From Candidatus Limnocylindria bacterium (lineage in GTDB: Bacteria > Chloroflexota > Limnocylindria > P2-11E), in assembly GCA_036003765.1 (NCBI GenBank), contig DASYSC010000012.1, forward strand, positions 4,787-68,786: a stretch of 64,000 nt of DNA. Direction: 5' to 3'. Below the pieces are notes generated by a model. The model searched no databases, had not been told where the DNA came from, and saw only the letters and a list, made by a program, of their open reading frames with translations. A program made the position numbers and the translations under genes. This document shows positions 9,409-17,537 of this stretch, piece by piece. Numbering within the stretch: the first letter of the stretch is position 1; each line of letters starts with the position of its first letter.

Positions 9409-9613
9409 CGCGAGCGATGCGCAGCGCAGCGGGTGGCACGGGGGAGCGGGGGTTGCGCGCGATGCGCGGGTGCCCCGGGGACCCGTCCGGGACGACGCGT
9501 GCGGTATGTCGAGAGAACGGAGGACGGGGAGGGTGCGCGAGCGCGCGACCCCCCGACCCCGTGACAGGACCCGCTGCGCGGCGCGCCGATGGCGTCGATA
9601 GAGTGGCTGCGAC

Positions 9614-12022
9614 ATGAGTTTGCTCGAGAGATACACGCAGCCTGCGGAGTCGCAGATCCCCACGGTCTCGCACAGCGGCGAGATCCCAAGCGGTCAGCCG
9701 ACGTGCACGATCTGGATCGACGGGAAGGAAGTCACGGCGATCCCCGGCGAAGCGATCTTGCGAGCCGCGCAGCGCGCTGGGTTCGAGGTGCCGACGCTCT
9801 GCGACGACGAGAAGCTCGCTCCGGCCGCCGCGTGTCGCATGTGCCTGGTGGAGATCGAGGGCTACCACCGCCCGATGCCGTCCTGCCATTTGCCGGTAGA
9901 GCCCGACATGAGGATCACCCAGGCCTCGGAGTCGCTGTTCAAGCTGCGCCGCCAGAACCTCGAGTACATCCTCAGCGACCACAACGCCTACTGCATGCCG
10001 CCGTGCCAGATCAGCTGTCCGACGCACATCGACATACCCGGCTACCTGGAGCTCATGTCGAAGGGCCAACACGTGGAAGCGGCGCGCCTGGTCAAGGAGG
10101 TCCTGCCGTTCCCATACATGCTGGGACTCGTGTGCCCAAAACCGTGCCAGGAGGTCTGCCGCCGCGGGCTGGTCGAGGAAGAGATCGCCATCTGCCAGTG
10201 CCACGGCTTCACCGGCGAGCTCGTCATGGAAATGGACAAAGCGCCCACGCCATTTCCGCAGCTCGCGGCGACAGGAAAGCGCGTGGCTGTCGTCGGCGCG
10301 GGGCCGGCCGGAATGACCGCGGCGTACTACACAGCGCTCAAGGGTCATGCCGTCACGGTGTTCGACATGATGCAAAAGCAGGGCGGCATCGCGCGGTATG
10401 GCATCCCCGAATACCGCCTCCCGAAGGTGAAGCTCGACAAAGAGCTGAACTCTGTGTGGCAGCTGCGGGACACGGACTTCAGGGGCGGGATGATGCTCGG
10501 CCGCGATTTCAGCCTCGACGATCTCTTCACCCAGGGTTACGACGCGGTCTTCCTCGGGATCGGCGCGTGGCGCTCGAACGAGCTCCGGATCCCTGGCGAG
10601 GATCTCCCTGGGGTGATCGAGGCGATCAACTACCTCCGCATGAACGCGGAAGGCGACCCTGTACCGGTTGGGAAGGGCCAGAAGGTCGTCGTCATCGGCG
10701 GCGGGTTCACCACGTTCGACTGCTCGCGGACCTCGCGCCGCCTGGGTGCGGACGTCACGGTCGTGTATCGGCGGTCGCGCAAGGAGATGGGCGCACATTA
10801 CAGCGAGGTCGACGATGCTGAGCACGAGGGCATCAAGCTGGAGTTCTTCGCCTCGCCGGTGAAGATCGTCGAGAAGAATGGTCGCGTCGGCGGGATCGAA
10901 TTCCAGCGCATGGCGCTCGGCGAGCCCGACGCATCGGGACGGCGTCGCCCGGTCCCGATCGAGGGCTCGAACTTCGTGATTGAGTGCGACACCGTCATTC
11001 CCGCGATCGGCCAGGTGCCCAATCTCGACTTCTTCGAGCGCGAGTCGGGCGTGAAGAAGACGAGGCGCGAAACGATCGTCACCAACGGCGCGCTTATGAG
11101 CGACCGGCCCGGGGTGTTCGCCGGCGGCGACTGCCAGATGGGCGCGGTCACCGTGATCCAGTGCGTCGCGCAGGGCAAGCTCGCGGCGAAGGCCATCGAT
11201 CGCTACCTGGCGGGCGACGACATGGCGCGCGTCGCCGCGGAGATAGCGGAAGAGGAAGCGGTCCCCGAGCTCATCGACATCGTTCCGTACAAGCCCGAGG
11301 AGCCGCAGGTGCGTATGCCGATGCTCCCGTTCAAGGAGCGCGAGCTCAGCTTCCAGCTCATCGAGAACGGCTACGACAAGGCCGCCGCTGAGAAGGAGGC
11401 CGCGCGGTGCCTGCAGTGCGTATGCCCCGATGTCGGGCGCTGCCACCTGCAGCGGCTTTCACTCGAGCACGGTCTCACTGACAACCGCTTCCACCGCGCG
11501 GAGCCAGTCGACTACCACGACTACGAGTACGACTTCAGTCACGACTTCATCCTTCGCGACCTGAACAAGTGCATCAACTGCACGCAGTGCGTCCGGATCT
11601 GCCGCGACGTGATCGGTGCGAACTGCTACGGCCTCATGGGCGGCGGGTACGACTCGATCGTCACGACGCCGTGGAACGTGTCTCTCAAGTACACCGACTG
11701 CGTGTCCTGCGGCGCGTGCGCCGAGACATGTCCGACCGGGGCGCTGATGATGCGCGAGCGGGACCTGCAGACCTACGAGCTCGACATCGTCCGCTGCATC
11801 TACTGCGGCGACTGCGTGGAGGTCTGTCCACATGGCGCGCTCGGCGAAACGCCGAACTTCGAGCTTTCGACGTACGGCCGCTTCGGGAGGACGGTGCTCG
11901 CGAAAGAAGAGCTCGCCGCCGCGCGTACGTGGAAGCCGTCGGAGGAGATTCCGCTCGATGGTCACAACGCGCCGCGCCCGCCGGAGATCCGGCCGCCCGG
12001 ACCGCCGCGCTGGGGCGCCTGA
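9614..12022 (+). CDS. multidomain Fe-S flavoprotein: 2Fe-2S ferredoxin + GltD-like NAD(P)H/FAD oxidoreductase + NuoG/HoxU-like 4Fe-4S + 2x4Fe-4S ferredoxin
   Basis: N-terminus CTIWIDGKEV...PTLCDD...AAACRMCLVEIEG (NuoG/HoxU 2Fe-2S). CMPPCQISCPTHIDIPGY...LVCPKPCQEVCRRG and KRVAVVGAGPAGMTAAYY...GIPEYRLPK (GltD/SudA type). CLQCVCPDVGRCHLQ and KCINCTQCVRICRDV (NuoG N5/N4-like). CVSCGACAETCPTGAL and CIYCGDCVEVCPHGAL (ferredoxin pair). Confidence 0.8.
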   Translation: MSLLERYTQPAESQIPTVSHSGEIPSGQPTCTIWIDGKEVTAIPGEAILRAAQRAGFEVPTLCDDEKLAPAAACRMCLVEIEGYHRPMPSCHLPVEPDMRITQASESLFKLRRQNLEYILSDHNAYCMPPCQISCPTHIDIPGYLELMSKGQHVEAARLVKEVLPFPYMLGLVCPKPCQEVCRRGLVEEEIAICQCHGFTGELVMEMDKAPTPFPQLAATGKRVAVVGAGPAGMTAAYYTALKGHAVTVFDMMQKQGGIARYGIPEYRLPKVKLDKELNSVWQLRDTDFRGGMMLGRDFSLDDLFTQGYDAVFLGIGAWRSNELRIPGEDLPGVIEAINYLRMNAEGDPVPVGKGQKVVVIGGGFTTFDCSRTSRRLGADVTVVYRRSRKEMGAHYSEVDDAEHEGIKLEFFASPVKIVEKNGRVGGIEFQRMALGEPDASGRRRPVPIEGSNFVIECDTVIPAIGQVPNLDFFERESGVKKTRRETIVTNGALMSDRPGVFAGGDCQMGAVTVIQCVAQGKLAAKAIDRYLAGDDMARVAAEIAEEEAVPELIDIVPYKPEEPQVRMPMLPFKERELSFQLIENGYDKAAAEKEAARCLQCVCPDVGRCHLQRLSLEHGLTDNRFHRAEPVDYHDYEYDFSHDFILRDLNKCINCTQCVRICRDVIGANCYGLMGGGYDSIVTTPWNVSLKYTDCVSCGACAETCPTGALMMRERDLQTYELDIVRCIYCGDCVEVCPHGALGETPNFELSTYGRFGRTVLAKEELAAARTWKPSEEIPLDGHNAPRPPEIRPPGPPRWGA

Positions 12023-12732
12023 TCGCACACGATCGGCGCCTCGCGTGGGACGCGTGCCTCAACGTGCGCGATCTCGGCGGCCTTCGCTGCGCGGGTGGCG
12101 TGATCAGGAGCGGGGTCCTCGTGCGCGCATCGACCTTGGGATTGCTCACGACGGCAGGGTCGGTCGCGATCCGCGCCCACGGCGTCAGGACGGTCATCGA
12201 TCTGCGTGGGCCGGATGAGGTGACGGCACTGCCAAACCCGTTCGGGCTGGGCCTCGCGTACCGCAACGTCCGCGTCGATGGGGAACACACGCTGAAGCTG
12301 CACGAACATGCGATCGCCGGAACGATGGCGCATCAGCTCGCCGACCTCGCGCGGCCGGGGAGCGGGCTGCGAGCGGCACTCGCCGCGATCGCGAGCGCGG
12401 ATCCGGCCGTCGTCGTCCATTGCCAGGCCGGGCGGGACCGCACCGGGATCGTCGTGGCGCTGCTGCTCGCCGCGCTCGGTGTCGCCGACGACGACATCGT
12501 CGCCGACTACTGCGCGAGCGACGCCGAGCTCGCCGACGAGTACGCGCGCTTCAGAGCGGAGCACCCGGAAGTCGCCGCCGATATGGCGGAGCGCCAGGCC
12601 CGGCGTGCGTGGGTGATTGGCCAGCTCCTGGCGGCCGTGCGTACGGAGCACGGCGATGCCGAGCGCTACCTCAACCTTATCGGCGTGCGATCCGACGAGA
12701 TCAAGCGGCTGCGAGAGATGCTCGTCGCATGA
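12019..12732 (+). CDS. protein-tyrosine-phosphatase-like enzyme (CX5R, Y_phosphatase3 type)
   Basis: NVRDLGG near the N-terminus and the active-site loop VVHCQAGRDRTGIVVALLL. Start uncertain: CTG 12019 overlaps the upstream TGA, and GTG 12064 is the first canonical option. The track ORF from 11569 is a shadow frame over the upstream gene. Confidence 0.7.
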   Translation: MIAHDRRLAWDACLNVRDLGGLRCAGGVIRSGVLVRASTLGLLTTAGSVAIRAHGVRTVIDLRGPDEVTALPNPFGLGLAYRNVRVDGEHTLKLHEHAIAGTMAHQLADLARPGSGLRAALAAIASADPAVVVHCQAGRDRTGIVVALLLAALGVADDDIVADYCASDAELADEYARFRAEHPEVAADMAERQARRAWVIGQLLAAVRTEHGDAERYLNLIGVRSDEIKRLREMLVA

Positions 12733-13052
12733 CCCGTCGCGACCGCGTCGAGTCGCGGATCCGGCGCTCCGGACCGATCACCTTCGCGGACTTCCATGGA
12801 AGCCGCGCTCTTCGACCCCAAGGTAGGTTACTACACGACCCGCGCGTCACTCGGGTACAACGGCACGACGTCACATCCGCGGATCTCGACATCGTGCGAT
12901 GCATTTGGTTCGGCGACTGCGTGGAGGTCTGCCCCCACGGCGCGCTGGGCGAAACGCCGAACTTCGAGCTTTCGACGTACGGCCGCTTTTGGGCGGACCG
13001 TGCTGGCGAAGGAGGAGTCGCCGCGCCCGGTCCGCCACGCTGGGGGGCGTGA
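12729..13052 (+). pseudogene. chimeric duplication remnant: midA 5' fragment fused to the 3' end of the 802-aa Fe-S flavoprotein gene
   Basis: 12729-12888 parallels midA 14347-14509 (GPITFADF/MEAALFDPKVGYYTTRASLGYNG/VTSADL, read across two frames). 12885-13052 parallels 11780-12022 (DIVRCIWFGDCVEVCPHGALGETPNFELSTYGRF...PGPPRWGA*), with an internal deletion, a frameshift and a lost ferredoxin Cys (CIYC to CIWF). Confidence 0.7.
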
Positions 13053-13070
13053 GCGTCGGACCGCAGAGCG

Positions 13071-14150
13071 CTAGAGGGATGGCGGGCTCGGTAGCGGCGG
13101 GAGCGGCGGGAGTAGCCCTGGCGGGGATGGCGGCGGGTTGGGTGTTGGTGTGGGCGTCGGCGGAGGTGTGGGGGTCGGCGTCGGAGGCGGCGTCGGCGTG
13201 GGGTCCGGTCCGGGCCCCCCGCCAAAGAGGCACGCGCTGGACGCAGGCTGTTCGAACGCGCGGATATGTGAGTCGTATCCGTCCCTGAGCCAGAAGACCG
13301 ACACGCCGTAACTCAGGTTGTCGCATTCGAGATCCTGACTTGAGGACGAGCCGTTGATGGTGTAGGGGTACGCGCCGACCTTGCCGCCGGTCTTGGTGAA
13401 CTCAAAGATGTATTTGCATCCCGCGATGCTGACGAACAGGTGCGCGCCTCCCACCGCGACGCCGCTGCTCTGGCTGTACGGACACTGCGGAGACATGTCG
13501 TTCGGCGGAACGTTGATGTCGATGTAGGGCGTGCCGTCGACGATCGCGGCGGTGCCCTGCGCGTCCGCGTATGTGTGGTAGTGGTAGATCCGGGCCCCGG
13601 CATCGGAGCTGTACCAAATCGTGTCGTCCGCGCGGTCGTACGCGACCTTGACTTCGTTTGGGTAATCGCCGACCGGCTGGTAGCCGGGGCGGTCGTTGTT
13701 CGGATCGATCGTGAATATCAGCGTCGCCGCGCCGGATTTCCTGAGCAGGTACATCGATAATCCGTCCCCGCCGATCGCCCAGAACGCGTCGCGGCCGCGG
13801 TCGTACGCCAGGGTCATGATGCCCGATTGGGCTCCCGTGATGGTGATGTCGACCTGGCCGGTCGCGTTGCCCGACGAGCCCGCGGGTGGCGCGTTGATCC
13901 GATGGAGCTTCGAGTTGCCGTATCCGACGTGGTAGAGGTACGTCCCGTCGAACGCGACGCTCGGCGCGATGTTCTCTGGATACGCCTCATTCACGACCAC
14001 GTCGGCGACGAGGGCACCCGCGGCGCCCGCGGCACGTTGGGCTGTGACCAGAGCGAGCGGGAAGGCGAGCAGAGCCGCGATCAAGAGCGTCCCCGCGTTG
14101 CGCGCGAAGGGATGGCGCATAGACGAAATCGGCACGCGCTGGGGTGCCAT
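13071..14150 (-). CDS. secreted repeat protein of unknown function with C-terminal Pro/Thr tail (paralog of 20176-21072)
   Basis: Signal-like N-terminus (MRHPFARNAGTLLIAALLAFPLALVTAQRAAGA, with an alternative ATG at 14120). Collinear similarity to the 20176-21072 product (SPSV.FDG.YLY, YD.GRDAFWA..GDGLS.YLL.KSG, YDRADDT.W, RIYHY.TY.DAQG, ECDN.SYGVSV.W). Ends in PTPTPPPTPTPTPPP... Confidence 0.65.
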   Translation of the reverse strand: MAPQRVPISSMRHPFARNAGTLLIAALLAFPLALVTAQRAAGAAGALVADVVVNEAYPENIAPSVAFDGTYLYHVGYGNSKLHRINAPPAGSSGNATGQVDITITGAQSGIMTLAYDRGRDAFWAIGGDGLSMYLLRKSGAATLIFTIDPNNDRPGYQPVGDYPNEVKVAYDRADDTIWYSSDAGARIYHYHTYADAQGTAAIVDGTPYIDINVPPNDMSPQCPYSQSSGVAVGGAHLFVSIAGCKYIFEFTKTGGKVGAYPYTINGSSSSQDLECDNLSYGVSVFWLRDGYDSHIRAFEQPASSACLFGGGPGPDPTPTPPPTPTPTPPPTPTPTPNPPPSPPGLLPPLPPLPSPPSL

Positions 14151-14346
14151 GGGCTTGATTCGAACCCAGCCGGATTAAGGCCGGTTGGGGCGTCCGCATG
14201 AGGTCGGGGGGCGCATGCGCCTGTCCAGTCGAACGGCCCGCCGCTTTCAATACGGCGGCAATCCTCTGTCAGGCGCCTGGGCTGTCGCACCGGGCGGTCT
14301 TGTCTTCCCTCTCTCGCTGGCTCGGCGTGCGTATACGCTCGGGTCC

Positions 14347-15459
14347 GTGGCGAACATCGGCGAACGCATCGTCGCGCGGGTCCGCGCGCGTGGCCCGATC
14401 ACGTTCGCCGAGTACATGGAAGCTGTGCTCTACGACCCCGACGACGGTTACTACACGACGCGCGCGTCGGTCGGATTCGACGGCGACTACATCACCTCGG
14501 CGGATCTCGGACCGGCTTTCGGTCGGGCGCTCGCGAGGGCGGTCGTGGATCTTTGGACCCTGATCGGAAAGCCCCATGCGTGGGACCTGGTCGAGGCTGG
14601 GGCGGGGAGGGGAATCCTCATGCGCGATCTCCTCGTCGCACTCGAGCGCGAGCGGCCCGAAGCCGCTCGCGGAGCACGGTCCGCGATCGTCGAGGTGTCG
14701 CCACGCATGCGCGCGCAGCAATCCCTCGCACTCGAAGGACGCGACCTGCGATGGGCATCGGTCGCGCACAGCCTCGCGCCGATCCAGGGAGTGCTCTTCG
14801 CGAACGAGGTCCTCGATGCCTTTCCCGTTCACGTGCTGACGCGTACCGCCGACGGCGTGCGCGAGGTCTTCGTCGGAGAAGCGAACGGGATGCTCGTGGA
14901 GGTCTTGCGCCCACCGAGCGCGGATCTGCGCTGGCGGGTTCCGGAGTCGGTCCCGGTCGGCGGCCGGTGGGAGACCAGTCCCGCCGCGGAGGGCTGGGTC
15001 GCGAGCCTCGCCGGGGCGCTGGTCTCGGGCTACATCATCCTCGTCGATTACGGCGGCGAGGAGAGCGATCTCCTAGCGCGCGAGGGCGCGGGCACGGTGC
15101 GCGGATTCGCGCGTCATCGTCTCGTGGCGGATCCGCTGGCCGAGCCAGGTCGGCACGACCTCACGGCGAGCGTCGACTTCAGCGCGATCCAACGCGCCGC
15201 GGAAGGGGCGGGCCTACGCTTCGCGGGTTCGGCGACGCAGCGGGATGTGTTGCTCACGCTCGGGATCCGTGACGTCACTGCGCGGCCGTCGACACCGATC
15301 GAGCAGCTGCGCGCCGCGAGCCGCCGTTCGGCCATCGACGCTCTGCTCGATCCCAACGGGCTCGGCGCATTCAAGGTCGTGTGCTTCGCGAAGGAGGCGC
15401 CGACCGAGGGCCTACGGATGTTCGGCGCGGGGAGCGCTACGGGTTCGAGGCGAGGGTGA
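14347..15459 (+). CDS. MidA/NDUFAF7-family SAM-dependent methyltransferase (DUF185)
   Basis: GPITFAEYMEAVLYDPDDGYYTTRASVGFDGDYITSADLGPAFGRALA...LVEAGAGRGILMRDLL is the typical MidA N-terminal block plus the SAM-binding GxGxG. GTG 14347 was chosen by homology with the duplicated fragment. The track ORF starts at 14185. Confidence 0.8.
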   Translation: MANIGERIVARVRARGPITFAEYMEAVLYDPDDGYYTTRASVGFDGDYITSADLGPAFGRALARAVVDLWTLIGKPHAWDLVEAGAGRGILMRDLLVALERERPEAARGARSAIVEVSPRMRAQQSLALEGRDLRWASVAHSLAPIQGVLFANEVLDAFPVHVLTRTADGVREVFVGEANGMLVEVLRPPSADLRWRVPESVPVGGRWETSPAAEGWVASLAGALVSGYIILVDYGGEESDLLAREGAGTVRGFARHRLVADPLAEPGRHDLTASVDFSAIQRAAEGAGLRFAGSATQRDVLLTLGIRDVTARPSTPIEQLRAASRRSAIDALLDPNGLGAFKVVCFAKEAPTEGLRMFGAGSATGSRRG

Positions 15460-15512
15460 TGCTTTCGCGAAAACCCGAACAAGACGCGCGCGCTATTCTT
15501 GGAGTCCACCGC

Positions 15513-15586
15513 GGGCTCTTAGCTCAGCTGGTTAGAGCGCAGCGTTGACATCGCTGAGGTCGCGTGTTCGAGCCACGCAGAGCCCA
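15513..15586 (+). tRNA. tRNA-Val (anticodon GAC)
   Basis: Manual cloverleaf: acceptor GGGCTCT/AGAGCCC, D-arm GCTC-AGCTGGTTA-GAGC, anticodon arm CAGCG-TTGACAT-CGCTG, variable loop AGGTC, T-arm GCGTG-TTCGAGC-CACGC, discriminator A. CC follows in the genome. Confidence 0.9.
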
Positions 15587-15665
15587 CCGATCAGCTCTCG
15601 CGATCGCACGCCGCGTCGATAGGCGCCCTCGCGCGCGTCGTGCGATCCGTCAGACCTGAGTCTTG

Positions 15666-16481
15666 TTAGCCGGAGACCGCGCGAGCCGCCTGCGCCGTTA
15701 CCGCGATGCCGCTCATCACGTCTGCTTTCGGCTCGTTCGGTGCCGAGGGCGCTCGCGCGACCATCTCGCCCGGCGCCTCCGCGGGCTGCGGGACCATCCG
15801 GTAGATGTAGCCGATGGCCGGAACCGATGAGATCGTTCCTGGCGTTTCGCCGGTGGTCTCGAGCTTTCGCCTCAGGTGGCTGATGTGCGACCGGAGCGCG
15901 TTCGCGTCACCGCCTTCGCTTCCCCAGACGTACGTGTAGAGGCGACTCGCGGAGACGACGTGCCCGGCATTGGTGACGAGCAGGTACAGGATGCGGAACT
16001 CTGTCGGAGTGAGCCGGACATAGGCGCCTTTCCAGGAGACCTCGTACGCCTCAGGGTCGAGCGTCAGCCCCTCGAGCTCAACGCGGGGCTCGGTCGCGTC
16101 GCGCGGAGTCGTTTCCGCCCGCCGGAGGATCGCGCGGATACGTGCGATGAGCTCCCGGAACTCGAACGGCTTCGCGAGGAAGTCATCGGATCCGAGGTTG
16201 AACGCTCGCAAGATGTCCTGTGCGTCTCGCCGTCCGGTCAGCACGAGCACGGGCGTCTCGTCATCGGCGCGGATGCGGCGCAGCACTTCGAACCCATCGA
16301 GGCTCGGCAGCCCGAGATCGAGGACCACCAGATCGGGACGGTCGGCGCGCCAGCGCCGTATCGCCGCAGCGCCGTCCGACGCTTCCATGACGACGAACCG
16401 CTCGCGGCGGAGAACGTAGGCGGTCAGGTCGAGCATGTCGAGGTCGTCCTCGACCAAGAGGATCTTGATCACTTGTTTCAT
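15666..16481 (-). CDS. OmpR-family response regulator with Ala/Pro-rich C-terminal tail
   Basis: Receiver domain (ILLVEDD...DLVVLDLGLPSLDG...LTGR...KPF) plus a winged helix (LTPTEFRILYLL...LRSHISHLRRKL). Confidence 0.85.
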   Translation of the reverse strand: MKQVIKILLVEDDLDMLDLTAYVLRRERFVVMEASDGAAAIRRWRADRPDLVVLDLGLPSLDGFEVLRRIRADDETPVLVLTGRRDAQDILRAFNLGSDDFLAKPFEFRELIARIRAILRRAETTPRDATEPRVELEGLTLDPEAYEVSWKGAYVRLTPTEFRILYLLVTNAGHVVSASRLYTYVWGSEGGDANALRSHISHLRRKLETTGETPGTISSVPAIGYIYRMVPQPAEAPGEMVARAPSAPNEPKADVMSGIAVTAQAARAVSG

Positions 16482-16603
16482 ACCCCCCAGCAGTTGCCCG
16501 GTCCCCGGGCCACGGGGTGTAGAAACCGCAAACGGGATGCCTTGGAGCGTTAAGTGTTAGGGAACAAAGGGGTTACAGGGGCCGGTGCCGCTACACATTC
16601 GCG

Positions 16604-17494
16604 TTACAGCGTGGGCTCCCTCGCTCGTTCAGGCGCTTTCGACCGAAGCTTGAGGCCGACTCCGGGGACCGTATGGATGAATCGTGGCCTCTCTCCGTCA
16701 TCGCCCAGCTTGCGGCGAAGCCGGTGGACCGTGACGCGCACGACGTCGCGCGCCGGCGGGTCGTCGTAGCCCCACACGTGCCGGGCGAGGGCATTCGTAG
16801 AGACCACGCTGTCGCCGTGCCGCATGAGGTACTCGAGGAGTCGGAATTCGGTCCCAGTGAGGCGTACCTCGGCGCCGTTGATCTGCAGCCCTCGCTCCTT
16901 GAGATCGAGCCGCAGCGGACCGGACTCCAGGACGCTGGGCTCGACCACCTTGCGGTCAATCTGCGCGCGCCGCGCGAGCGCGCGGATCCGTGCCACCAGC
17001 TCGCGGTGGAGGAAGGGCTTTACCACGTAGTCGTCCGCGCCCATGTCGAGGGCGCGCACCTTGTCGTCCTCGCCGCCGCGTCCGGTGAGGACAAGGATCG
17101 GGATTCGGACGCTGCGCCGGCGGAGCTGGGCGAGGAGCTCGAACCCGTCCCAGGGCTCGAGGTTGAGATCGACTACCGCCACGTACGGGTCTTCCTTCTC
17201 GAAGAGCTCGAGCGCTCCGACGGGCTCGGTCGCCGGGAGTGGGATCAGCCCGGACTGTTCTACGAGAAAGGCAAGAAGGTCGACGAGTTCCCGATCGTCG
17301 TCGACGAGCAGGATCCCGACACGCTGACCATCGCTGTTCTCGGAAGCACCCACCCCGCGCCGCACCAAGGATACAGGCCTGCGGACGATCGACAAGGTAA
17401 ACGTCTCGTCGAGGCGTGCCGCCCCTTCGTCGGGGCGAGCTTCCAGCCATGCGCTGACTTTGATCCACTGTGTCTGGCGTCGGCGGCGTCTCAC
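16604..17494 (-). CDS. OmpR-family response regulator (possible N-terminal extension or later start)
   Basis: GILLVDDDRELVDLL...VAVVDLNLEPWDGFELL...LTGRGGEDDKVRALDMGADDYVVKPF, then LTGTEFRLLEYLM...VRVTVHRLRRKL. About 60 residues precede the receiver domain if GTG 17494 is used. Confidence 0.8.
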   Translation of the reverse strand: MRRRRRQTQWIKVSAWLEARPDEGAARLDETFTLSIVRRPVSLVRRGVGASENSDGQRVGILLVDDDRELVDLLAFLVEQSGLIPLPATEPVGALELFEKEDPYVAVVDLNLEPWDGFELLAQLRRRSVRIPILVLTGRGGEDDKVRALDMGADDYVVKPFLHRELVARIRALARRAQIDRKVVEPSVLESGPLRLDLKERGLQINGAEVRLTGTEFRLLEYLMRHGDSVVSTNALARHVWGYDDPPARDVVRVTVHRLRRKLGDDGERPRFIHTVPGVGLKLRSKAPERAREPTL

Positions 17495-17537
17495 AAAGCT
17501 CCGTTCGACGTTGAGCGCGGCCTTAACTAGGCGGCGC

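Noticed and set aside
9409-9613. Possible third copy of the structured element in the 205-nt gap before the 802-aa gene
   Set aside because: Only a gaccccccg 9-mer is shared. There is no outer palindrome and no core alignment. The gap remains unexplained but is not this element.
9269-11446. 725-aa ORF antisense to the NuoF-like and 802-aa genes
   Set aside because: Shadow frame. The sense strand carries dense, recognisable Fe-S and flavin motifs, while the antisense translation is low-complexity Arg/Asp/His-rich.
12420-13052. 210-aa ORF as a genuine gene
   Set aside because: Its first 103 codons are a shadow frame over the phosphatase gene. Only 12729-13052 has homology, and that part is a frameshifted chimera of two other genes, so it is called a pseudogene remnant.
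13080-13210. GGCG/GGTG-rich tandem-looking DNA (also 41520-41640, 42190-42330, 42640-42830)
   Set aside because: These are the coding sequences of Pro/Thr/Ala linker regions read on the opposite strand. They are low-complexity coding sequence, not independent repeat elements.
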